From positions 1 to 31,880 of the IMG/VR virus record IMGVR_UViG_3300032257_000078: 31,880 nt of DNA; one strand, given 5' to 3'. A program made the position numbers and the translations under genes. The notes under the pieces are model-generated. The model made no database searches. It was not told the DNA's origin and worked only from the letters and a program-made list of their open reading frames with translations. The stretch comes from a virus. Lineage: Duplodnaviria > Caudoviricetes. Positions 8,005 through 14,580 of the stretch are shown here, one piece after another (position 1 is the stretch's first letter; the number at the start of each line of letters is the position of its first letter).

Positions 8005-8321
8005 GCCTGCCCCATTCTGCGGATGGCTGCCGCTGCCGCATCTGCGTCGCCGTTGGCTTTCTTCAATGCGTCCCGGCACGTTCTGATCGAGGCCTCGGTC
8101 GACGCCCGAAGAGTCGTGACAGCTTCGTGGGTAGGGTTGCGCGCCACGCATCCGGGGGGCAGTTCCATCTCGCGCCAAGCAGACGAGCCGCAGCGCCTCC
8201 AGACCGAGCCGTCGTCGCAAAGCACGACGACCACCCCGCCTGGCGCGTGGTCGATCTGCACCACTTTCCGATGCGTCGTCATTCCCCGCCCTCGCCCAGC
8301 GTCGTCGGCTGGGGCGGTCAT
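8001..8321 (-). CDS. Small phage protein with C-terminal EF-Ts N-terminal (UBA-like) domain
   Basis: N-domain KVVQI...VLCDDGSVW; C-domain VTTLRASTEASIRTCRDALKKANGD; start 8321 (ATGA) or 8282. Confidence 0.75.
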   Translation of the reverse strand: MTAPADDAGRGRGMTTHRKVVQIDHAPGGVVVVLCDDGSVWRRCGSSAWREMELPPGCVARNPTHEAVTTLRASTEASIRTCRDALKKANGDADAAAAAIRRMGQA

Positions 8322-8536
8322 CGGGCCGCCTCCACCGTCCGCTCGACGACGCGGAGGTCCGGGCCGCCATGGCCATGCCCGGCAGCGTAGTGGCACACCA
8401 CGACACGGGCCCTAGAGAGGGCCTCGGCCTCGGTGCGGTATCCGCGCCCGGGCCGCGTGCCGTGACTGCGGTAGGCCAGGCAGCCCGGCCAGTGGACGCT
8501 TGAGCGGTCGGCCAGGATGTAGTCGGTGGTGGTCAT
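8318..8536 (-). CDS. Hypothetical protein
   Basis: MTTTDYILAD; ATGA overlaps. Confidence 0.65.
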   Translation of the reverse strand: MTTTDYILADRSSVHWPGCLAYRSHGTRPGRGYRTEAEALSRARVVVCHYAAGHGHGGPDLRVVERTVEAAR

Positions 8537-8621
8537 CGGTTCGTCCATTTCGGTCTCTCTCGCCCCACCTCGCGGTGGGTGCGGTGGGGCTGGTGTGCGA
8601 GTCTGCGGGCCAGGGTCTGCC

Positions 8622-8873
8622 TCACGTTGTCTCGGCTTGCATGGCCTTCAGCAGGTCGACGATATCGCACTCCCGCGACAACGGCAGGAATGCGTTGGCA
8701 CCGCAGCAAGTGGAACGCCACGACAGCACTTCGCGCTCGTTGCCCAGTTCCTCTCGCAATCTGTCGTATGCCTCGGTCACGATATGACTGTCGCACTTGT
8801 CCCACCGTCGACCACTGGCGTACAGACGCTCAGCAACCATCCGATTAGTAACATTCTTTCGCTTTGTGGTCAT
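8622..8873 (-). CDS. Hypothetical protein
   Basis: ATGA-coupled start MTTKRKNV. Confidence 0.7.
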   Translation of the reverse strand: MTTKRKNVTNRMVAERLYASGRRWDKCDSHIVTEAYDRLREELGNEREVLSWRSTCCGANAFLPLSRECDIVDLLKAMQAETT

Positions 8874-9046
8874 CGCCGCACCCCGCACTCGGTTAGCAGG
8901 TAGCGCAGGCTCCCAAGGAAGCCCGCCATAAGGAGGCCGGCGCCGACGACAGCCACGGCGAGGTCGCCAGCGTGCCCGAATACCATCGCCGCTCCAAGGA
9001 GCACCATGGCGCCGCAGCAGGACGAGCCGATCATGTGGCGCTTCAT
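8870..9046 (-). CDS. Small two-TM membrane protein
   Basis: Two hydrophobic stretches (GAMVLLGAAMVFG; LAVAVVGAGLLMAGFLG); ATGA coupling. Confidence 0.65.
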   Translation of the reverse strand: MKRHMIGSSCCGAMVLLGAAMVFGHAGDLAVAVVGAGLLMAGFLGSLRYLLTECGVRR

Positions 9047-9564
9047 GCCCGCCATCGCACGATCGCCGACCGGACGCCGGTCCCGTTGAACGTCCCGGAC
9101 GGCAGCCGCTCCAGCCACTCAAAGTCCGCGAGGGCCTTTGCCTGGCGCGGCCCGTCGGCGCAGATCGCCACCAGCAGGCCGCCAGGGCGGGGGAAGCGCT
9201 GAGCGTGCTGGATGTGCCGCACGTCCGCGCCACCGTTGAACGGAGGGTTCATGATGACCCGGTCATACCGGGAGGCTGGCGTCACCGCCAGGAAGTCCAG
9301 CGGGCTAAAGCCTCGCGCCATGGCCAGCGCCTGGTCATGCTCGAACGCGGTCATGTTGACGCGCCACTCGCGCTCGACAGCGTCGACAAGCGCGCCCGTT
9401 CCTGCGCTGGGCTCCAGCACCATCGCGCCAGGGAACAGGTCCAGCGCCGCTACCATCCGGTCAGCGACAGCCCTCGGTGTCGGGTACAGCGTCGGCGCAA
9501 CCGCGATCTGCACCCCGGCCTTTAGCGCGGCTCGCATTGCTGCGACCTCTGGTGGGTCTGTCAT
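9043..9564 (-). CDS. SAM-dependent N6-adenine-type DNA methyltransferase domain (compact)
   Basis: YPTP, VLEPSAGTGAL (motif I), DFL, MNPPF (motif IV), GGLLVAI, GTF..TGV. Confidence 0.9.
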   Translation of the reverse strand: MTDPPEVAAMRAALKAGVQIAVAPTLYPTPRAVADRMVAALDLFPGAMVLEPSAGTGALVDAVEREWRVNMTAFEHDQALAMARGFSPLDFLAVTPASRYDRVIMNPPFNGGADVRHIQHAQRFPRPGGLLVAICADGPRQAKALADFEWLERLPSGTFNGTGVRSAIVRWRA

Positions 9565-10649
9565 CCTTCCGGCCTCCCGTGATCCTTGCTGTCGGTCAAG
9601 TACACCGCCGAAATGGTCAGCCCCTTGTCGTCACGGTGCATCGCAGTCCGCACTCGGTGCGAGCCGTCCAGAGACAGCGATGTGCCCTTGCTGTCCTTGC
9701 TCTTGCGCGCATACTCGGCTTTCGTCATGTCGATCTGCCCGTAGGTCATCGTCTCGCCCCGGTGGTAGCGGTTCTGAGTCACGACCTGCCCGCACTCGCC
9801 ACGGTAGTTCAGGAGCGGCGGCTGCTTCCGCCGTGGCTTCGGCTTGAGCATGTCCAGCCCGCCCTGATCGCCGAGCAACGCTCGCTCGTACGTGATCCTC
9901 CGGTCAAGGTGCGCAATGAAGCGCTGGCACCCGGCCTCGATGCTGGCCAGCAGGCGTTGAGGGACCCACGAACCGCCCCGGCCATCGCTGCACCAGACGT
10001 GCGGCTGAGGCTCGCAACGGATGCACGTCGCTTCGCGCCCGTGCTCCTTCCAGCAGCCGACGATAGGCCGTTGCACAATCGGCGGCGTGTCGTCGTGCGT
10101 GTACCGGCGCACCTGGCGCCGTCGGTCGGCTTCCAGTTTCTTGATGCGCCTAGCGCGGACTTCCGGCCGTTGCTTGTACTTGGCCGACGACAGCACGCCA
10201 GCAGCGCGGGCCGTCCAATACTCGGACGTATCCCACATACGGACGGCTCGGCGCATTCCTTTCTCGATCCGCTCGGCATCCTTCCGCGCCTTCCGCTCGC
10301 TGTGATGGCCTACCAGGATCGGCTGGCCAAGCGGGATGCCGTCGGCGATCTTTGAAACAGCGTTGGCTTCCCGGTGATAGTCCGCTTTCCGCTTGTCGCT
10401 GTAGCCAGCGAATCGATCGGCTCGGTCCTCTGCGCGGTCGACCAGCGAGGCATCCTCGTCGCGGATATCGCCGCACCACTCCAGCAAGAGGTCTTCGGCC
10501 GTCGGCGACCACGCCGGGCAGACGAACAGTTCTTGCTTGGGGGCCCATCGAAACCCGGCGCCGCGGGCGCGTTCGTAGTCTTCCGACGACAGTCGGCCAT
10601 CTGCGTACAAACGCAGTTTGTTGTCGTCGGGACTGTAGGTGGCATGCAT
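9561..10649 (-). CDS. DUF3560-domain protein
   Basis: ATYSPDDNKLRLY, GFRWAPKQELF, RAEDRADRF, GIPLGQPILVGHHSERKARKD, RARRIKKLEA; ATG 10649 after leader motif. Confidence 0.9.
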   Translation of the reverse strand: MHATYSPDDNKLRLYADGRLSSEDYERARGAGFRWAPKQELFVCPAWSPTAEDLLLEWCGDIRDEDASLVDRAEDRADRFAGYSDKRKADYHREANAVSKIADGIPLGQPILVGHHSERKARKDAERIEKGMRRAVRMWDTSEYWTARAAGVLSSAKYKQRPEVRARRIKKLEADRRRQVRRYTHDDTPPIVQRPIVGCWKEHGREATCIRCEPQPHVWCSDGRGGSWVPQRLLASIEAGCQRFIAHLDRRITYERALLGDQGGLDMLKPKPRRKQPPLLNYRGECGQVVTQNRYHRGETMTYGQIDMTKAEYARKSKDSKGTSLSLDGSHRVRTAMHRDDKGLTISAVYLTDSKDHGRPEG

Positions 10650-10657
10650 AGCGTGAT

Positions 10658-10673
10658 CCTTCCGTTGCGGTTG
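10658..10673 (-). repeat. Leader motif copy CAACCGCAACGGAAGG
   Basis: Lies between -10 box and DUF3560 start. Confidence 0.85.
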
Positions 10674-10680
10674 TGCGTGC

Positions 10681-10718
10681 ACTATACAGTATCGGTGCGC
10701 GGCGTGCTAAACTTTAGC
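10681..10718 (-). promoter_or_regulatory. Promoter with -10 TATAGT and palindrome GCTAAA-C-TTTAGC over the -35 region
   Basis: TATAGT at 10686-10681; AT-rich intergenic stretch; repeat 10706-10718. Confidence 0.65.
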
Positions 10719-10743
10719 GCGAAACATTTCCCCATTGCCCAGC

Positions 10744-10920
10744 CTAGGACACGCATCGCCGTACCTCGGCGACAAGCCGTCGCCGGTAGTCCTCGCGCAG
10801 ATCGGCCAGCTCCCCCCGCGGGGCACGGATGCCAAACTTCTCCCGTATGGCGTCTCGGATGTCGCGAAGGGCTTGCGCGTATTCGTAGCGCGCCCACTGC
10901 GATGGTGTGGCGGTTGTCAT
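10744..10920 (-). CDS. 58-aa helical protein (MTTATPSQWARYEYAQ...), absent from ORF track
   Basis: Translated by hand; leader motif plus GGAG SD. Confidence 0.75.
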   Translation of the reverse strand: MTTATPSQWARYEYAQALRDIRDAIREKFGIRAPRGELADLREDYRRRLVAEVRRCVS

Positions 10921-10925
10921 GTGTT

Positions 10926-10998
10926 ACTCCGTTGCGGTTGCGTGAGCCTACGCGCGCTGGCGCTCCCAGTATGCTGAGCGCCAGCTGGTGAGGGCTCA
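10926..10998 (-). repeat. Duplicated hairpin-plus-leader module, copy 1
   Basis: GAGCCCTCACCAGCTGGCGC...GCG.AGGCTYACGCAACCGCAACGGAGTA shared with 12056-12104. Confidence 0.9.
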
Positions 10999-11202
10999 GC
11001 GAGGTGTCAAGGTGTCAGCCGGCACCGTGACAATCGATCCAGCGGTGCGGGCTTCGGCGAAGAGCGGGGCGTCGGGCTTCGCCTTGGTCCAGCGGTCCAC
11101 CGTCACGATGGCATCCTTCCGACGATGGGACGGGCCGATGCGACCGAGCCCTGCGATCAGGTGATTGTCTCGTGGGGTCCAGAGGAACGTGGGGCGGGTC
11201 AT
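10996..11202 (-). CDS. Hypothetical protein
   Basis: ATGA-coupled MTRPTFLW; preceded by variant CCCCAACGGAAAG. Confidence 0.7.
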   Translation of the reverse strand: MTRPTFLWTPRDNHLIAGLGRIGPSHRRKDAIVTVDRWTKAKPDAPLFAEARTAGSIVTVPADTLTPR

Positions 11203-11405
11203 GAGTCCGGGCTTTCCGTTGGGGTGGGTCGGGGCCCCCAGTCGTCGTCGTCGGGTTCGGCGATGTCGTAACCAGCCCGCCGGCACAGGTCGGCGATATC
11301 GCTGGCGGTTTGGCTATCCCATTCGGTGCCAGACATCAAGTTTACGATTGCCTCTAGGGCGTCGGCGTTGCTAAGCGCTGGAGCTTCGTGCGGGTGGCGA
11401 GCCAT
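11199..11405 (-). CDS. Small acidic phage protein (MSGTEWDSQT type)
   Basis: GGAGG SD after the (AACCGC)4 array. Confidence 0.8.
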   Translation of the reverse strand: MARHPHEAPALSNADALEAIVNLMSGTEWDSQTASDIADLCRRAGYDIAEPDDDDWGPRPTPTESPDS

Positions 11406-11422
11406 GGGTCAGACCTCCGTAG

Positions 11423-11449
11423 GTTGCGGTTGCGGTTGCGGTTGCGGTT
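11423..11449 (-). repeat. Tandem hexamer array (AACCGC)4-AAC
   Basis: Direct count; occupies the gap between upstream TAA and the SD. Confidence 0.97.
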
Positions 11450-11604
11450 TACCAGTTTGGCGCGTGGCCGCCGGATGCGAGCCAGCTCAACAAGTCCTCG
11501 GTGGCTTGCGCCAGCTCGATAGCCTGCGCGGACTCTTCGTCCTGACGATCCAGGACGGCATCCAGAAGACAGCGGACGTCGTCCAGCGTTGCGTTGGGGT
11601 CCAT
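11449..11604 (-). CDS. 51-aa MDPNATL...WLxxGG-type small phage protein, absent from ORF track
   Basis: Translated by hand; GAGG SD; TGATG coupling; recognisable motif. Confidence 0.85.
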   Translation of the reverse strand: MDPNATLDDVRCLLDAVLDRQDEESAQAIELAQATEDLLSWLASGGHAPNW

Positions 11605-11756
11605 CAATCGCTGACCTCGATGCCTTCGGCTTCCGCGCAGTCATAGCAGAAGCGCTCGATCTCGGGGAAGCCGACGAGGACCTCAACCGTCGTATGAATG
11701 AGCGCCACCTCGCTCGGCGCTTCCAAGCACCTATCGCACATATGGAGGGTATGCAT
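11604..11756 (-). CDS. 50-aa Zn-finger protein (CDRC...CYDC), absent from ORF track
   Basis: Translated by hand; follows (AACCGC)7-AACGGAAG leader. Confidence 0.8.
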   Translation of the reverse strand: MHTLHMCDRCLEAPSEVALIHTTVEVLVGFPEIERFCYDCAEAEGIEVSD

Positions 11757-11767
11757 GTGTTACTTCC

Positions 11768-11812
11768 GTTGCGGTTGCGGTTGCGGTTGCGGTTGCGGTT
11801 GCGGTTGCGGTT
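11768..11812 (-). repeat. Tandem hexamer array (AACCGC)7-AAC
   Basis: Direct count; fills gap between TGA 11814 and GGAAG. Confidence 0.97.
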
Positions 11813-11813
11813 A

Positions 11814-12047
11814 TCAGTACCCCTCGCCATCGGTGAGTGCGATGAAGGGGCGCCAGTCGTCGGGTCGACGCTCGCGCCGCTGTTGCATTCTTACGGATCT
11901 TGCCATCGCCGATCGGTTCGACCACTCTCCCACGATGACATCGAAGTCCATGGGATTCCCTGAAGCCCTCTTCGTCGCCGATCGGTCGGGATTGCGGATG
12001 GCGGCGACATCATGGGACTGTGCGCCGGTTATGCGGTATGTCTTCAT
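11814..12047 (-). CDS. Hypothetical protein, first gene of the early cassette run
   Basis: Leader motif plus GGAG SD; ORF track. Confidence 0.75.
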   Translation of the reverse strand: MKTYRITGAQSHDVAAIRNPDRSATKRASGNPMDFDVIVGEWSNRSAMARSVRMQQRRERRPDDWRPFIALTDGEGY

Positions 12048-12055
12048 TGCGGCTG

Positions 12056-12104
12056 TACTCCGTTGCGGTTGCGTAAGCCTTCGCGCGCCAGCTGGTGAGG
12101 GCTC
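12056..12104 (-). repeat. Duplicated hairpin-plus-leader module, copy 2
   Basis: See copy 1; lacks a ~24-nt internal segment. Confidence 0.9.
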
Positions 12105-12107
12105 GGG

Positions 12108-12230
12108 TTACCAGTTCGGTGCGTGACCACCAGATGCGGTTGCGCGCTGCGATCGCTGCCCGCCTCAAAGGGCTGGACATGCGAGCGGTCACCAACATGG
12201 CGAGGGCCTCATCGCTGCGCACACTGGTAA
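12108..12230 (-). ncRNA. Candidate structured RNA (~125 nt, nested junctions)
   Basis: Nested helices found by hand, with G-U pairs only in the minus orientation; directly downstream of a -10 box. Confidence 0.55.
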
Positions 12231-12242
12231 GCGGCGCCACGC

Positions 12243-12290
12243 ACCATACCGAAGGAACAAAATACAGAAATAATAAGCTACACTTGTAGC
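12243..12290 (-). promoter_or_regulatory. AT-rich promoter region, -10 TATGGT, upstream palindrome GCTACA-CT-TGTAGC
   Basis: Most AT-rich stretch seen; -35 is poor; repeat 12277-12290. Confidence 0.55.
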
Positions 12291-12700
12291 GATGCACGCA
12301 CGAGCCTGGTCACGCTCAACCGACCCACGCGGTCCGGTGACGTGGGCGCGAGTAGCACTACAGGTGTGGCGCTCGGTCTTCAGCTACGGGTGTGGCTGGT
12401 AGGAGGACTGGTCCCACTCACCCCCGGGCCCCCGGGGAGGGAGGGGGTGCTGAGCACCTGGCAGGGAGAAGTCCCCACTACTCTCCCCTCGCCACCAGCC
12501 GCAGCATGGCCACAGCGCGCTGGCCTGGCTGCTCGAGCTGCGCTGCTCCGGACTCCGGCGACTGGCGTCCCCTCCGCCGGTACTTCATTGATGGCTGGGT
12601 GCCGGGCCTTGGGCGGCCCAGTGCTGGGGCCTGCCGGCCGGGATGTTCGTCGGCTGCGCGCAGAGCGCTCCGCCGCCGGGTGCGATTGTTGGACAGAGCG

Positions 12701-12729
12701 ATTGTCCAGCCGTCAGGCGGATCTGTCAA
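12701..12729 (-). promoter_or_regulatory. Near-consensus sigma70 promoter TTGACA-N17-GACAAT
   Basis: Perfect -35 at 12729-12724, 17-nt spacer, -10 at 12706-12701. Confidence 0.75.
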
Positions 12730-12803
12730 GGACGAGAGTGAGACGCCACACTCTGACGTAAATGCAGCGTCTCACTGGGGTTGCGTCGTGACTGCAGGTG
12801 TAG

Positions 12804-13043
12804 TCAGTCTGATAATCCGGGCGGACGTTCGGGGTCTGACCTGGGCGCGAGGTACGGGAAGGTGTACCTGGCTGGGCCGTCGTCCTCAGGCTCGTGTCGT
12901 GTGACCCGGGGCTCCGCAAACCCCGTCTCCCCGGCCCACCAGGAGGTCGGCATGCGCACCACACCCAGGTCGTCGGTGCTCAGTGCGATCAAGTCGGAGT
13001 CGCAGATGGGACAGGGCCAGTGCGTGCAGGCGTGCTCAGTCAT
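12804..13043 (-). CDS. Hypothetical protein with CPIC
   Basis: ATGA-coupled MTEHAC. Confidence 0.55.
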   Translation of the reverse strand: MTEHACTHWPCPICDSDLIALSTDDLGVVRMPTSWWAGETGFAEPRVTRHEPEDDGPARYTFPYLAPRSDPERPPGLSD

Positions 13044-13234
13044 CGGAGCATCCACCCGGGCCATGCAGTGGGCCCTCGGAAATCCATGCGGAGCAACGGG
13101 GTGTCGCACGGGTCAAGGGATGCGATGGCATCCTCGATGCTTACGTCCCACGCGACTGCCAGTGGCTCCCAGGCGCCATCGATCCACTCGTATGGACGCT
13201 GCTGAGAGGTGTCGTAGTAATAGCACGTTGTCAC
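13040..13234 (-). CDS. Hypothetical protein
   Basis: GTGA-coupled to RuvC-like gene; GAGGT SD. Confidence 0.55.
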   Translation of the reverse strand: MTTCYYYDTSQQRPYEWIDGAWEPLAVAWDVSIEDAIASLDPCDTPLLRMDFRGPTAWPGWMLR

Positions 13235-13713
13235 AGCAAGCACCTCGCCAGCATCAGTGATGCCGTGTGCAGCGCGTCGGCCTCGTTGTCGTCGATGTTG
13301 GCCGTTGCGCCAAGGTCCGGCCAGCGGATGCTTGCGGCCCGACACATGGCGCCTTTGTTCGCCTGGCCCTTGCCCGTGGCGTGCGACTTGATCTCGCCGA
13401 CGCCGAGCGCGCAGTAGGTGATGTCCAGGCTGTCGAAGATCTCGAGCATGTGCGCCTTGAACCCGCCGTAGGTGTGCCCTGCTGCGACGCTGAGTGGGCG
13501 CTGCTTGACGTCTTCGTAGCCGAACGAGATGTCGCCGTAGGCCGCCAGCAGCTCACTGAGGTTGCGGCGGAAGATGATGAAGCGCATGCCAGGGCTGGAC
13601 CCTGCCGACGGCTTGCAGTTCCACGCCCCGCTGGCGCTCCTCGAGCCGTCCTCGTTGAGCACGGCCCACCCGGTGCGCGTGCCCAAGTCGAGTCCCCCGA
13701 ACTTGCGGCTCAT
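13231..13713 (-). CDS. ruvC: RuvC-like Holliday junction resolvase
   Basis: GLDLGTRTGWA, YEDV, IKSHATGKGQANK, DDNEADAL acidic catalytic set. Confidence 0.9.
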   Translation of the reverse strand: MSRKFGGLDLGTRTGWAVLNEDGSRSASGAWNCKPSAGSSPGMRFIIFRRNLSELLAAYGDISFGYEDVKQRPLSVAAGHTYGGFKAHMLEIFDSLDITYCALGVGEIKSHATGKGQANKGAMCRAASIRWPDLGATANIDDNEADALHTASLMLARCLL

Positions 13714-13961
13714 CGCTTCAGCCTCCGCTCGAGTTGGTCCGCCGCCTCGTTCAGAGACGCTCTATGCGCGTTGACGCTGTCGGCGCCGCACCGACATGCC
13801 CGCTCTCCGACGCTCTCCGCGTAATCTACGCTGAAGTGGTTTTCACTCATCGGGCATGAGTAAAACCCGTCATCGCACTCGAGGTGATGTTCTTCCGGTA
13901 TGCGCCTGATGAGCCCGATGAGCCTGTGGCACTCCGCGACCAACTGCCTGTCATGGGTCAT
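13710..13961 (-). CDS. Cys/His-rich hypothetical protein (HLECDD..YSCP...CRCGAD)
   Basis: ATGA-coupled; GGAGG SD. Confidence 0.75.
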   Translation of the reverse strand: MTHDRQLVAECHRLIGLIRRIPEEHHLECDDGFYSCPMSENHFSVDYAESVGERACRCGADSVNAHRASLNEAADQLERRLKR

Positions 13962-14188
13962 GGCCGCCGCCTCCGCGGGATGATCTCGACGCCGGCGCTG
14001 TAGCTGCCCATGCACATGGCTTGGCCGCGACCGCCGATGACTACGGATCGTTCGGCCTTGAACAACGTCTCGTCCGGCATCTCGTCGCTCCCGCCGGACA
14101 TGACGGCGAGGGCCAGCCAGCGCGGCACGTCGTCGCGGACGTGGTCGGAGTACATGATGTTGTAGCAGAGCCCGGGGAGCGTCATCAT
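13958..14188 (-). CDS. Hypothetical protein
   Basis: ATGA overlaps at both ends. Confidence 0.6.
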   Translation of the reverse strand: MMTLPGLCYNIMYSDHVRDDVPRWLALAVMSGGSDEMPDETLFKAERSVVIGGRGQAMCMGSYSAGVEIIPRRRRP

Positions 14189-14580
14189 CGGCTGTCCCCG
14201 CTTCCGCCCAACACGCCACGCTCGTCACGATCACGCAGCTTGTCGATGTTGCGCTGCGCGACATCCGACAGCGTGACATTCAACTCTGACGCGCACGCAG
14301 CGACGTACCAGAGAACGTCACCCAGCTCGTCGATGAGCTTGAGGCGGGACTCCGGCGTCTCTTCTCCGCAGCCGTCGCGTATCAGTTTCTTGACCTTGCC
14401 GGCGTACTCACCCGCCTCTCCGGCGAGCCCGAGAGCGGAGTAAGACACGCGCAACAGCGCAGACATGTCCTCGTCAGGCTCGAAGGTCGTCGCATCGAAG
14501 GCAATGTCGTCGCACGCCTTGATGTACCTGTGCGCCGTCTTGCGCGCCGCCAACTGGTACTCGTTGAACCTGTCCATCAC
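14185..14580 (-). CDS. mazG: MazG-like nucleotide pyrophosphohydrolase
   Basis: FNEYQ..A..TA, LGLAGEAGE, KVKKLIRD, DELGDVLWY, NIDKL..R..RGVLGGSGD. Confidence 0.93.
   Translation of the reverse strand: MMDRFNEYQLAARKTAHRYIKACDDIAFDATTFEPDEDMSALLRVSYSALGLAGEAGEYAGKVKKLIRDGCGEETPESRLKLIDELGDVLWYVAACASELNVTLSDVAQRNIDKLRDRDERGVLGGSGDSR

Noticed and set aside
10926-12104. Repeats read as a mini-CRISPR array or integron attC sites
   Set aside because: Copies are separated by whole genes of variable length, include the SD, and no integrase or attC-type R/L boxes are seen
11354-12126. ORF-track proteins with NRNRNR, LRLRLR, CGCGCG or ATATAT tracts
   Set aside because: They are translations through the intergenic hexamer arrays; short SD-supported ORFs explain the region better
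12193-12217. CGAUGAG as a hammerhead core, or GCAACC/GGU as SAM-I riboswitch elements
   Set aside because: No CUGAUGA...GAAA core; SAM-I motifs are not in the required order
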